A stretch of 61,537 nt of DNA, counting the filler, from Pirum gemmata (taxonomy: Eukaryota), in NCBI GenBank assembly GCA_002812295.1. It is 16 parts of 16 records of this genome, joined end to end, with 100 filler letters (N's around TTAATTAATTAA, not from the genome) between each part and the next. Parts side by side here need not be neighbours in the genome. Positions count along the whole stretch, not along the records: positions 43,365 to 47,421 come from PDIN01002544.1; positions 47,522 to 50,956 come from PDIN01002545.1; positions 51,057 to 54,485 come from PDIN01002546.1; positions 54,586 to 58,024 come from PDIN01002547.1; positions 58,125 to 61,537 come from PDIN01002548.1; 11 more parts are not named here. One strand, 5' to 3'. The notes beneath the pieces are model-generated. The model was not told the origin of the DNA. It made no database searches and worked only from the letters and a program-made list of their open reading frames with translations. Of the stretch, positions 47,354 through 61,502 are shown piece by piece (the stretch's first letter is position 1; the number at the start of each line of letters is the position of its first letter). The position numbers and the translations under genes were made by a program.

Positions 47354-48212
47354 AGCTTAAGAAAATAAAAAAAGTGGTAAAAATAAAAAAAATCAAAAAT
47401 ATAAATATTTTTTAATTTTTANNNNNNNNNNNNNNNNNNNNNNNNNNNNNNNNNNNNNNNNNNNNTTAATTAATTAANNNNNNNNNNNNNNNNNNNNNNN
47501 NNNNNNNNNNNNNNNNNNNNNCGTCAAATTAAATATTATAACAAACCAAATAAATATTCAGAGTGACAAAATAAATGAAAAGCACAATATATTTATATAT
47601 TTTATAATATTACATATAATTTATATATATATTATTTATATATATTAAATCATTATTAATACCATTCTACATAATATTATTTACGTTTATATATACCTTG
47701 ATCAAAGCAAATATGAAACAAATTAATTAGTATAATTTATAATATATATTAAAATACGTATTATTAATTAATGTATTTTTACTATTACATTTACAATACT
47801 CTTTTTTAAAACTACACCATGTACAATATCATGTATATTGATTGATAAATTTTAATAATTAGTTAATATTTTGATAAAAAAAAACGACAGTATTACACTA
47901 AACAGATTATTATTAATATTATGTACAACAAAAATACAACAAAAGTATAAAAACGTTTTTACTATGTATTAGTAGTAATATCGAACAGTGGAAATAAACA
48001 ATATACATAATATACATAAACAATAAATAACGAATTTTCTAATTAATATACAATTCATTAAAACCCACAAGGTAATGTTTAGTCCCTACCGGTACTGGTA
48101 TTTGCAATTGTAAGAAATTATATTATCCAGTCTAGCTAGACTATAGCTAATACACTGCTAATACAACTTTTTTTTTCTTTTTGTACGTGTTTGACTTTTT
48201 TACACATGTACT

Positions 48213-48386
48213 GTTGTTTTGTCATCATAAACTACACAATAAATAGTAGCGAATTAATACAATATAAATGCATTTAATTTAATTGGGTATATTTTATTAT
48301 CTATGTATTGATTTAAAATGTAAATTTAAAGATTATAACCCTCAAAATATATATTCAGAGTGACAAAATAAATGAAAAGCACGATA
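48213..48386 (+). mobile_element. MITE family A copy
   Basis: Matches 178-366; right TIR TGAAAAGCACGATA intact. Confidence 0.8.
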
Positions 48387-50617
48387 TGAAAATGACTAAT
48401 AATGATATGTATGATAAAAAAATAAAAAAAAATACCCGTTTCTCCATTTCATATTTTATTATTATTATTATATTATTATTATTATTTAAATCGGAAAAAT
48501 CTCAAAATGCTCCCATTTTTTATGAAAGTACTACCAAATTTGGAGAGATCATTTACATTTGGAGAGATCATTTACATCTAAGAAAACTCTATTCTGAACC
48601 GATGGCTAGTTTTTAAAAATAATTTGGCTATTTAACATTTTAAAAAAAGGTTTTTAGAAAAAAGTCTAAATTTCTTTTTTTATATATAAATAATATTATA
48701 TTCCACACATACGTAATCTATAATTTCTATAATACATATTGATTATGTGATTACAATAATATAATATTTATATTTATGAAATTTCGTAATATTAATTAAT
48801 ACAATAAATTTTAATTAATAAAATATCACAGGAGGAAAATAATTATTGGATCATGTTATTAATATGAATACTAGTACTGTTAACCCTATAGCTAATTTAT
48901 AATTGATTATAATTATAACCTCTCTAACTCTAACTAACCCTAACTCCCTAACTCTAATAATTATATCATATATAATATATAATATCATGTCACTAATGTA
49001 TTACTATCACATAATTATATCATATATAATATATAATATTATATATAATATAATTATGTGATAGTAATACATTAGTGATGTATTATAATATATAGCCTTA
49101 TTAAATACTAAATGTTTTAATTAATCCTCAAACTTTTTTATATACATTTTTTAAAAAAAAGAATATATAATATACGGCCCATAATATACCGGTATAAAAA
49201 AAAAACCTTATGATACCTTATAAATGGATTTATTGAAACCGCACATGAAACCAAAACGACGGAACTAGCCAGCCTATGAAAGTTTTTTCGGTAATCGTTG
49301 CTTTTATTTGTTATTTTTTTTAACTACTAAGCCGGATAAAAATGGCGACATCCGCCATAATGAGCTCCAAAATCCAAAAATCACAAAATATACAATTTTA
49401 TGAAAGTACTACCAAAGTTTGAGAAATCGTCTACCCGTCTATTGGCATGGGTGTTAAAATAAATAAATAAAAAAATAAATAAATTAAAAAATATAACAAA
49501 CAATAAAAAAATAAAAATCCTAGTCTACTACTACTAGAATAATCTATAGCTATCCCCTCCGATAGTAGAATAAATAAAAATAAAAAATAAAAAGTTGTCT
49601 AATTTATATTAGTTATCATTATTATGATTACTTATGTATTTTAATATTTATAAAATTAAAAAACTATTTTTTTTAAAAAATAAAAAAAAATAAAAAAAAA
49701 AATGTGATGAACAATAAGAAATAATTTTTTAAAAAAAGGAAAAAAAATTAAAATACAAACAAAAACAAAAATCATAAGCCCTATAACCAGTATAATATTA
49801 TGTTGACCGCGGTCATGTGTAAAGTGTATTTTGTTTTTAAAAAATGAAAAGCTATAAGCCTATAACAGAGCATTTAACATTGATAAAAAACATGAAAACG
49901 AGTTTTTTTAAAAAAAACAACCAATTACTATAATTTTGCGAATATTTTACTCGATTATGCCCATAATCGGTATAAAAATGAGTGTAAAAAAAAGTTTTTA
50001 TTTTTATTTTTTTCGTTTATGATACAAAGTAAAGTAAAGCAAATTAAAGTAACAAAATCATTAGTAATACAGCTGCAGTAATTCAGGTGGGTATTGGGAG
50101 TGTATTGGGGGAGTATAACAACAACAACAATCTATGTATTATATAGCAATATTAATAGTAATAACAGTTATCATTTTTATTGCAGCCGTAATAAACAACA
50201 ATTATAACAAATAACAATAATTATTATAAAATTATATATATATCTATCCTGTATTATTTACAGTAACAGCCATATTTTTTAAAATAACATGTACAGTTCG
50301 TATTGGTTTTTTATTTTTTTTATTTTATATTATTTTATTTTATTTTTTATTTTTTATTTTTTTTTTATTAGACTAGTCTACTGTCTATTATTATTATTAT
50401 TATTTTTCTAGAAAAATAATACTATATTTGGTAATTTTGAAGATTGATTTTTTACCCTTTCGTCGTTTAGATTCCATAGACTCAACATAGAGAGTGCATA
50501 GAGTGTGTTACAGACCGTTATAATATTATCATACTTTGAATACCGATATTCTTTAGAAAACCAAAGAAAAAAATAAATAATAAATTATTATTATCAAGTT
50601 TTCAAATATTATTGTAA

Positions 50618-50764
50618 GGGAGCGTTCAAATACTACGTATAACGCCAATTTCCGTTCAAATACAGCTTCAAATACCCCTACCTACGTACCCCTTGACGTT
50701 AATTTCCGGTCAAATACCACCTACCAACCTACCCCTTGACGTGACGTATTATCTGAACGCTCCC
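50618..50764. mobile_element. PIF/Harbinger (Tourist-like) MITE, second copy
   Basis: TAA-GGGAGCGTTCAAATA...TATCTGAACGCTCCC-TAA. Confidence 0.85.
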
Positions 50765-51056
50765 TAAACTTATTTATTATTATTATTATTTTTAAAACAG
50801 CCAGGCCGGATAAAACTGTATACTACTACAACTACCAGCACTTTTGCTACTACTACTTCAAATATTAATTTAAACTACATATTAATACTATGTATCATAA
50901 TAATTTTTTTTCTTTATTTTAAAACAACAACTACTACTACTACTACTACTACTACTNNNNNNNNNNNNNNNNNNNNNNNNNNNNNNNNNNNNNNNNNNNN
51001 TTAATTAATTAANNNNNNNNNNNNNNNNNNNNNNNNNNNNNNNNNNNNNNNNNNNN

Positions 51057-51434
51057 ATTATTATTATTATTACTGATACCGTTATTGTTATTACTCTTAC
51101 TATTGCTATTGCTATTGTTATTGTTATTGTTATTGTTATTGTTATTGTTATTGTTATTACTATTACTATTCCTGTTGATGTTGGTAGTGTTGTTAATGTT
51201 ACGGATACAGCTTCCACTGTTATTGTTGTTACCGCTGGTATTGACACCAGTATTACTGAGATTTGGATTTAGAATGGAGCCGCTGTTATTGCTATTTTCA
51301 TTGTTTGGGTTGTTGGTAAGTTTTGGGTTTAGAGTAGAGCCGCTATTTTTACCACTATTGCTGTTACTATTGATATTGCAGTTAGTGTTGTGGTTGGGAT
51401 AATTGTGGTTCTGGCTCTGATGCTGGCTGTGCAT
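51057..51434 (-). CDS. Possible Asn-rich low-complexity N-terminus of a protein, 3' partial
   Basis: ATG at 51434; open to the scaffold end (MHSQHQSQNHNYPNHNT...NNNN) with mixed AAT/AAC codon use. Confidence 0.4.
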
Positions 51435-53206
51435 TCTGCTTAAGTTAGAAATCATAAGAAAGTATATATAATAGAGGAAGACAAAAAGCAAGATTAAAGG
51501 TTCTTATTTTAGACTTTTAAGTTTCTATCGTTTTTGTTTTAATTTTGTTGTTTTCTTTCTATCTTGTTTCTTCCACAAATAATACTTCGGAAATTCAAAT
51601 ATATTGGGATTTCTTTGTTTTCTTTCTTTTTTTTTTTCTTTTTTTTTTTTATCCCTGTGTACCACTTCCTTCCAACCAGTACAAAACCAGTTTTGCTTAT
51701 TCTATAATTGATTACATGTGCTTCTGGGGAAGAAATAATAATTAATTTAACATAACGATACTTTGTGTTCTAAAACACACAAACAAACTAAAAACTCTAT
51801 AAAGAACGATTAAAAAGGGTTAAGGCCTCCAAGTCTTCCTTGAAAGGGGAAAGTACAGATATATAGATTATGTAAGAATCAATTGGTATATATAAGGGGA
51901 AGAAAAGGCCTTCTGGCCTAATCTATAATTCAAGGCTTACTTGGATACAAAGGAAAAGCGCAGACGAAGAAGAAAGTATCACAATAAAAAAAATGTCTGT
52001 GGGTTCTGTAAAAGTTAATAATAATAATAACAGACACTAAAAAACTGTAAATATATGGATATGGGTGTTTGGGTGGGTGTTGGGTACCACAGAATATTTT
52101 AATATCCACTATAACACATATGATAAATAAATGAGAAATGTAACGAGTTGATATAGTAGTTTTAGTCTTAATTTATTTACTTTATTTTTATTTTTTATTT
52201 TTTATATTTTTGAAAAAAAGAAAAAAGGCTGAACAAAGAACTACTACTAGAGCAAAGAAAATAATACACTATATAAAAAACATCAGATTATTACAATAAT
52301 AATGCGAGAAACGGCTCATGTAGGTTGGGATTTTCAAAAAAAAAAAAAAAAAAATTTCTTTAAAAAAACTTTTAAAAAATAAAAGTTAAAAAAAAAAATT
52401 CTTGAGCTTTTCATTCGATAAAATGAAGACTAAATGAAGCTATTCCCTTCAAGCTATTCCTTCTATTTAGGCTATTTTAGAGAACTTATTCAGAAGGATA
52501 AAATAGGGATAAATACTATAATGTATGAATTTCAGTTTTGGACATTTTAGTCCAAAATGATGGGTTCTATTTTTTATTTTTTAAACAAAAATGCCGCGTT
52601 GTCTATCCAATCTACCCATTGGCTACTTTTCCTTTTTTATTGGTTAAAAAAAATAAAGGTAAACTATTTTTATTTTTTAGTACTCACTTTGCCTCTCACT
52701 TTTGCTAACTCTTTTCACTCTTTTGATAGTCTTTCTTTTTCAAGAGTCTTTTCACAGTCTTTTCAGCTAATTTGTACAGCTTTTTGATGACGTAGGTCCC
52801 AGACTCCATGCATTAACTACTTGTCCTAGGCTCCTAGCTAGCTAGCTAGCTAGCTAGCTAGTAGCTATGGATAGTGATATCAGTGATAGTAGTCTCTACC
52901 ATTCTCTACCTAACCTAGCTTCTAGTAGCTAGCTAGTACCCGTAGTCTATATATCGATAGTCTAGTCTACTCCTCTACTAGCTAGCTAGAAAAAAGACTA
53001 GCTAGCTAGGTCTACTACTATCATGATTTTCCACTAGTGATTTTCCAGTTCAAAAACTGAAATAAACATACCAAATTATTATTATGGTTAAACTATTGGG
53101 CATTTTTTAATTAATTTGGTATTTTATATTTAATGTTGCATCTAATAAAAAAGCTCAATTATACACTTAAACAGTATCAAATTAAAGATTAAGAGGACAA
53201 CTGTAA

Positions 53207-53375
53207 TATCGTGCTTTTCAGTTGTTTTGTCGTCATAAAATATACAATAAATAGTACCAAATTAATACAATATAAATCCATTGCATTTAATTTGGTATAT
53301 TTTATTATTTAAAAGTATCAATTTATATATTATAAACAGCCAAATAAATATTCGGAGTGAAACAAAAGCACAATA
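53207..53375 (+). mobile_element. MITE family A copy
   Basis: TATCGTGCTTTTCA...AAAGCACAATA. Confidence 0.82.
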
Positions 53376-55074
53376 TACTCGCTTGATAGCTTGATAGTGC
53401 TTGATAGTGGCATAGTGCTAGCTAGCTAGCTAGCTAGGGGCACATTTTCGGTTTTATAATAGCGCTAAGCTGTATCATAATAGTATCATAATATTATAAT
53501 AATCATGAGACGAGGCCTCATGTAATAATATATTATGGTCATAGACCCCCCCCCTAGCATTTTTTTTTTTTTTTTTTTTTTTTTTTTATCATAAAGGAAA
53601 TAAGAACTACCAAATTAAACTAATATAAAAATTTGAAATAATTTGGCATCTTTTTATTTCTTCTGACCTTGACTGTGACTTGACAAGTTCAAATAAACCG
53701 TTATTTATAAATGAAACTGCTACCAAAAGGATCAGAATATAGCATAGTAGGTCTCTTAAGACACTACTATCAGATAACTTTAATAAGACTAAGGATCAGG
53801 ATATCAGGATTCACCAGCAAGACACACAGTACTGCCACTGTACTGCCCTTCACTACTAGTCCTCCTACTAGGCCCTTTAGCACTCCTTCGGCACAATCTT
53901 AATTAGACCTAACTCATTTATTATTTTTAAAATTAGTTTAGTCTATTATTTATTTTTGTTTATTTATAAATTGTAACCGATTTTATAATTTTTTTTTATT
54001 TGAGGCATATTTTCACGGCCACGGGAAGACTGGATTTTTTTCTCTGAAATTTGATGAAAGTCGTTTTGTAGACTTTTTGTAGACTAAAGCTTTTTGATCG
54101 CTACGACATAATATCATAACTCTCTAACTAGACTAATAATAAATAATAAATAGTCTATCAGAATGATACTGTATAAAAATTATTTAAAAAATACGTACCA
54201 GTTATCATAGCTAGACTATAGCTAGCTAGCCTAGAGCTTGCTAGGCTACTATTAGCTAGCTAGCTAGCAGATCTTTACTACTAGCTAGCGCTATACAGAG
54301 TCATTACAGACCCCTGGCGCCGCTATGTCATCAATTGATGGCGTGTTTTTTTTTTGAGTCATCAATTGATAGCCTTTTTTCGAAAAAAAAAATCTAAAAA
54401 AATTTTTTTTTTACTATTTGTCAAATAGAAAAATGTCTAAAATTTTTCGATCGAATCAAAAAAATGATGTTTTTTTCACTTCTCTNNNNNNNNNNNNNNN
54501 NNNNNNNNNNNNNNNNNNNNNNNNNNNNNTTAATTAATTAANNNNNNNNNNNNNNNNNNNNNNNNNNNNNNNNNNNNNNNNNNNNTTATTATTATTATTA
54601 TTATTATTATTATTTTTTTTATTATTGTTATTATTATTATTATTATTATTCTTATTTATTATTATTATTATCATTGTACTCATTGTTATTATCGTTATAA
54701 TTATTAGCGTTGTTGTTAGAGTTAAAGGGTGTTATTATCATTAGCATTTACCATTATCATTATTTTTATCATTATCATTATCATTAACCCTTTCATTAAC
54801 CCTAAAGCTAACCTTAACTATTATCATTATCATTATCATTATCATTAACCCTAACCCTAATCCAAATCCTAACCTTAACCTTACCCCTAATCCTAACCCT
54901 AGCTGTCACCCTAACCTTACCCCTTACTATAACTCAAGCTCTAGTATAGTAGTAGTGGTGGTGGTGGTGGTGGTGGTGGTAGTAGTAGTAAGTATGACTT
55001 CATCTTTAATTTTGTTACTAACATACTTAAACCAAAACCAAAACCAAAAAACCAAAAAACCAAAACAAATATAG

Positions 55075-55782
55075 GAAAAACATTGGCCAAAGCGGGTGGT
55101 TTACTAAAGCCTAATGTTTTATGGAGCTTTATTCATTTAGTTACTTTTAACTTGCCGGCAACTATAACACCAAAACAAGTACAAGCATCACAATCTTTAG
55201 CTGTTTTCCTTGAACAAAACTTTTGGTGTACAGACTGTCGTGGTTTTTTTGCTATTGGTATAGTTAAAGAATATGGGTTACCTCCTGCATCTAATATTGG
55301 TTTGGATCATGCGAGATATTGGTGGTTGGGTCATAATGTAGCCTCAGGTATACATTTTGTTGTTGGTTGTGTTTGGTTGTGTTTGGTTGTGTTTGGTTGT
55401 GTTTGGTTGTGTTTGGTTGTGTTTGGTTGTGTTTGGTTGTGTTTGGTTGTGTTTGGTTGTGTTTGGTTGTAAATCTACTAAAGATTCTCTCACACCAATA
55501 ATCCCAGCATTAACTGTAACTAAAGGGTTATATAAAAACTTACTTCTAATACTCCANAAATACTTCTAATATAATCATTACTTAACTTAACAAAACAAGT
55601 ATGTAAATTAACTAATTCCTTATGTTGACTATATTATTTCTCTTTTTAAATAATTTCATAATAATAATAATAATAACAATACTATCATCATCACCATAAT
55701 AAATAATAAATAATAATAAATAATAATAAATAATAAATAATAATAAATAAATAATAAATAAATAATAAATAAATAATAAATA

Positions 55783-55821
<39 letters not shown>

Positions 55822-55969
55822 CTTTAAATATTTTTCAGAACATGTGGCAACTACAAGAGGAGGACATCCTTGGCTATATAGTACCAATGACGTCAAAGTT
55901 CAGCACCTAGGAGGGGGAAATCCATACTTTATGAGATGGGAAGATGCTTATTCCCAATGGGTTATGTAA
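55075..55969 (+). CDS. ERV/ALR-type sulfhydryl oxidase domain protein, last two exons (55075-55347, 55839-55969)
   Basis: LWSFIH...FWCTDCRGFF...YWWLGHNVAS|EHV follows the Erv1/QSOX pattern W-x3-H, CxxC, W-x2-HNxV. GT..AG phases are compatible; the intron contains a single N. Confidence 0.78.
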
Positions 55970-55985
55970 ACTACAATATTAAAAC

Positions 55986-56019
<34 letters not shown>

Positions 56020-56118
56020 TGTAATGAGAAGATGCTTATTTCCAATGGATTATGTAAACTATAATACTTAAATAATAAATCATTTGAAAAAACGAAAATT
56101 GTAACAAAACGAACGTTA

Positions 56119-56150
<32 letters not shown>

Positions 56151-56307
56151 ATAAAATAATAAAAACCTTTGTAATAACAAAAATTAAAAAGCCCGGTTAG
56201 GGTTAATTTTTATTTTTATTATTTTGTTGTTGCTATTTTTGTTGTTGTTTTTGCTGTTGCTCTTATTTTTATTTATTATTTATTATTAGTAGTAGCACCA
56301 CCACCAC

Positions 56308-56339
<32 letters not shown>

Positions 56340-56384
56340 GTAGCACCACCATCATTATTATTATTATAATTATTATTATTATTG

Positions 56385-57239
56385 ATATTGATTTTATTAT
56401 TTTTAAAAAATTATAATATTAATATTATTTATAAAAAGGTTAATCGATTTTAGGTTTTTGGAAAATATAACTGTAATTTAAAAAGATTGTTTAGTTTTAC
56501 TTGTATACAAAACTTTGATATTGAAGTTGATTTTGTTATTTTTACAAAACTTATGTTACTATTATTATTAAAAAGTTAATAATATACATAAAAAAGGTAA
56601 TTGATGTTAGGGTTTTCCGGACGTTTAGTTCCTAAATTCAATTAATTTAATTGTAACCTAATTACAAATTATTGATATTGCTTTTAATATTTTTAGAAAA
56701 TTATAAAACTAATGTTATTTATAAAAAGGGTATTTGATTTAAGGTTTTTGGAAAAAATAACTTTATTTTAAAAGGGTAATTGATTTTAGGTTTTTGGAAA
56801 AATGACTGCTATGTAAAAGATACTTTAGTTTTACTTCTAGATAAATAATTGATATTAATGTTGATTTTGTTATTATTACAAAACTTATGTTATTATTATT
56901 ATTAAAAAGTTTCTAATATACATAAAACGGGTAATTGATTTCAGCTTTTTCTAGACGTTTAGTTCCTTAATTTAATAAAACTAAGTATAATTTATTTATA
57001 AATCATTGAAATTGATTTTGTTAATTTTTCAAAATCATGTTATTAGTATTATGTAGGGTTAGGGTTATGGTTAGGGTTAGTGTTAGGGTTAGGGTTAGCG
57101 TTAGGGTTAGCGTTAGGGTTAGCGTTAGGGTTAGCGTTAGCGTTAGAGTAATTGATTTAGATTTTTGGAAAAATAACTACAATTCAAAAGAAATTATTTT
57201 ATTTATCGCTATATATTAATAATAATAATAATAATAATA

Positions 57240-57274
<35 letters not shown>

Positions 57275-57975
57275 TAATAATAATAATAATAATAATATAA
57301 GTTTGTAAAAATAACAAAATCAATATTAATATCAATGATTTATATAGAAGTAAAACTAAAGTATCTTTTACATCAGTTATTTTTTCCAAAAACCTAAAAT
57401 TAATTACCCTTTATATAAATAATATTAATATTATAATTTTGTAAAAACAATAAAATAATATCAATGATTTGTAATTAAGTTACAATTAACTTACTTGAAT
57501 TTAGGAACTAAAAGTCTGGAAACTCCTAAAAACAATTACCCTTTTTATATATATTATTCACTTTTTAATAATAATAATAACATAAGTTTTGTAAAAATAA
57601 CAAAATCAACATTAATATCAATGATTTATATAGAAGTAAAACTAAACTATCTTTTTAAATACAGTTATTTTTTCCAAAAACTTAAAATCAATTACCCTAG
57701 GCCTTTTTATAAATAATATTAATAACATAATTTTGTAAAAATAATAAAATCAATATCAATAATTTGCAATTAAGTTACAATTAACTTAATTGAATTTAGG
57801 AACTAAAAGTCTGGAAAAACCTAAATGTATATTGTTAACTTTTTAATAGTAATAATAACATAAGTTTTGTAAAATTAACAAAATCAACTTCTATATCAAG
57901 GATTTATATAGAGGGTAAAACTAAACTAACTTTTGAATTAGTTATTTTTTTCCGAAATCGAAATTCTATTAACCT
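56385..57975. mobile_element. Foldback-like element: long inverted arms of ~300-bp tandem units around a TTAGGG/AAT core
   Basis: Left arm motif TTGATTTTGTTATTTTTACAAAACTTATG is mirrored by CATAAGTTTTGTAAAAATAACAAAATCAA in the right arm, at least twice per arm. Confidence 0.7.
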
Positions 57976-58150
57976 ATTATTCAACCCCTGCCTCTAACCC
58001 TAAACCTAACCCTAAACCTACTTCNNNNNNNNNNNNNNNNNNNNNNNNNNNNNNNNNNNNNNNNNNNNTTAATTAATTAANNNNNNNNNNNNNNNNNNNN
58101 NNNNNNNNNNNNNNNNNNNNNNNNCAAAAAAAAAAAAAAAAAAAAAAAAA

Positions 58151-58182
<32 letters not shown>

Positions 58183-58300
58183 AAAAAGAAGTAAAGTCAA
58201 AAATTAGTACTATAGTAACAAACTATGTATGTAATTGTTGTTATCAATTATTATTATTATTACTATTATTATCATCATCATTATTATTATCTTATTAATC

Positions 58301-58347
<47 letters not shown>

Positions 58348-59697
58348 TTGTATTTACATCCCGAGACGGGATCGACCACGTATAACAATCAGTAAGTGAA
58401 TGGACACCATGAGGCGCGTTATTGGCCATTTATAAACTAAGTAATGTACAACTTAGCAACGATTCGGAACTGCAAAAAGTTTATTATTCAAATGCTAGAA
58501 GTTGAACTTTTCCCGCACATTGGTCTGTACGGGTCTAACTCCCTAACTAACTGACTCCCTAATTTCCCGACGCCTTAACTCGTACATTTACAAGTGGAAG
58601 TACAAGTACAAGAACAACTAGAAGTACAAGTACAAGTACAAGTACAAGTAAATAAAGATGTAGATGATGTATCATAAATGTAGAAGTAGAAGTAAAAGTA
58701 GAAGTAGAAGTAGAAGTAGAAGTAGAAGTAGAAGTAGAAGTATTAATAAAAGTAGAAGTAGAGAAGTAGAAGTAAAAGTAGAAGTAGAACAAGTATAAGT
58801 ATATTATTATAAGTACAGATAGAAATCCATTTTTGTAAAAGACTAACATCATAGGGCCTGTATCATACAGTACAGACAGCGTGTTTTGCTGATCAAGTGA
58901 ATCATGCGAATGGAAAATTTGGCAGGAAAATTTGGAAATGTAAAAATGAAATTTAAATCTGAATCGGAATACTTCGGGATTATGACCAATAAGAGTCATT
59001 ATAAGACTCTAACAATACTAACATAGAACAAGAAAAAAGTAGTTATAAAAAGCAATACCTGAACTATTTTCGATTTTTAAAATTGAATCGAATATAAATA
59101 AAATATAAACCAATCGAATTTGAATTATAAACAAATATAATCAAATCGAATATATATAAATATTATATTAGAATCGAAATAGATAAAGAATATTCGAATC
59201 GAATATAAATAAATAAATTAGAATCTAAATAGTTTTAAAAAGTGTTAAAAAATATATTCGAATCGGAAAGCATTTTCGAGCTATTTCTTTTTATAATTCC
59301 AAACCAAAAAAAAATTCCCAAATATGGAATATTATAAAAGTAATGTTACTAATGTATACTAATCCCACCAATGATATGGCCTATATGATATAATTTCCAT
59401 ATAAATTGATATAACATAATGTTTTTACGATTTTATTCCAAAAATAGGCATAATTTTTTATCTCTCTTACTATTGGTAGAAATGCAAAATTCAAGTCTAA
59501 TTATGGAATGAGAATTCCCAATTGAAATTCGTCTTCGAAATCCCAGAGCAAAAATCAAAACCAGAAACCCCTCGTCCAGCTAATGACCAGAAACCCTCGA
59601 CCAGAAACCAAAACCAAAACCAACACTCTAAATATTTATTTGGAGGCTTATAATTTTTGGTTTTTTTAGTCGAATATTCTTTGTTTTATAAACAGAG

Positions 59698-59887
59698 AGT
59701 GCTTTTCAGTTTTTTTGACATCGTAAAATATACAATAAATAGTATCAAATTAATATAATATAAATCCATTTAATTTAATTTGGTATATTTTATTATTTAT
59801 TTATTCATTTAAAAATGTCAATTTAATTAAAGATTATAGCCAACCAAATAAATATTCAGAGTGACAAAATAAATGAAAAGCACGATA
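59698..59887 (+). mobile_element. MITE family A copy
   Basis: AGTGCTTTTCA...TGAAAAGCACGATA. Confidence 0.82.
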
Positions 59888-60775
59888 ATAATACATTATT
59901 ATGATAATATAAATAATATTACATATCATATATCGATTATTGTTTTAGAAATCAGTTAATAATAAGATTTATTCTATATTATTTATTAATATAGATAATT
60001 ATTATGGAATTTTAATATAATTATTAATAGTTGATTTCAAATTCATTGACTTATTAATAAATAATAAGATATTATGCATATGGTCTAATATTATTTATTG
60101 ATATGGGCAGTTATATGAAATTTTAATTTGTTGATCTAAAATTCATTAATTAATAAATAATAAGATTTGGTTTTATAATATTTAGTTATAGGGCTGTGAT
60201 TCCTGTGAAATGGCGCAGTGGCTATTTGGTTAGCAACCTGGATCCGAATGTATATTGGGTTCGATATAAACAGAGAGTCCATAAAATCGTGCTAGGGGTT
60301 AGTATTAGGATTGGGATTAGGGTTAGGATTAGGGTTCGGGTTAGGGTTAGGGTTAGGGTTACGGACTTGGGTTAGGGTCAGAGGCTAGGGTTGGGGTTAG
60401 GGTTAGGGTTAGGGTTAGGGTTTAGGGTTTAGGGTTAGGGTTAGGGTTAAGGTTAGGGGTTCCCAATATTTCCTCACCTGTGAATCAAAAAAAAAGTTGT
60501 ATAAATATTTATATTATAATACAGACAAGAATTGTATTATTGAATATTCTCATTCAATAATAACTGTATTGGTTAATCAATTAAGTTGAAAACAATGATG
60601 ATGGTAGAGATTGTGCTAATGATATCATTGACATAGTACAACCAATTTTATTCATTTTATTTTGTCACTCTGAATACTTATTTGGTGGGTTATAACCTTT
60701 AAAAATTGACATTTTTGAATAAATAAATAGATAATAAAATAATATATCAAATTAAATTAAATGAATTTATATTGC

Positions 60776-60809
<34 letters not shown>

Positions 60810-60848
60810 ATTATTATCATTATTAATTTTAATTTCTTTTATTTTCAG

Positions 60849-61265
60849 GTGCCTCCAGGTGTGTGCGATACTGTAGCCTCTGAAGCAGGTTATTACTCTA
60901 TCGATGACAAGAAAAAATATTTTTATTGGTTCTTTGAAAGTCGAGATGATGCAAGCAAAGATCCTATATTTATTTGGCTTACTGGTGGCCCTGGCTGTAG
61001 TTCTCAAGTGGCCTTATTTCATGAAAATGGTAAGTAGAGTTAAAGTTATTATCGGGCCAGGGCTGTTAGGGTTAGGGTTAGGTTAAGGTCAAGGTTTAGG
61101 TAGGTTAAGGTTAAGGTTAGGGTTATTACTATATAGGTCATTTTACTTATCTAATTATTCTTGATTTAGGTCCTTGTCGTATTAATGCTGACCATAAATC
61201 AACAACTCCTTTTGAACATTCTTGGAATAGAAATGCCTCTGTTATTTATGTGGATCAACCAGCTG
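60849..61265 (+). CDS. Serine carboxypeptidase (peptidase S10), two internal exons (60849-61029, 61170-61265)
   Basis: YFYWFFESR...PIFIWLTGGPGCSS...ENG|PCRI...SWNRNASVIYVDQPAG; canonical GTAAGT donors and YAG acceptors. Confidence 0.96.
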
Positions 61266-61502
61266 GTAAGTTAACACTGTGTGCTTGACCTACTTTTTTT
61301 AACATTACCAATACTAGCTCTACCACCACCACCTACTACCACCTACTACCACCTACTACCACTATTCTTACCACCACCACCGCTACCCTACTACTACTAT
61401 GATACTACTACGGCGTACGGTACTACTACTTACTTACGGTACTAGTGCACTGTTACTACTAATACCACCACCACCACCACCACCACCATCACCAACACCA
61501 CC

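Noticed and set aside
52605..52645. Triple CCAAT-box promoter
   Set aside because: The motifs are present but there is no evidence for a linked transcription start.
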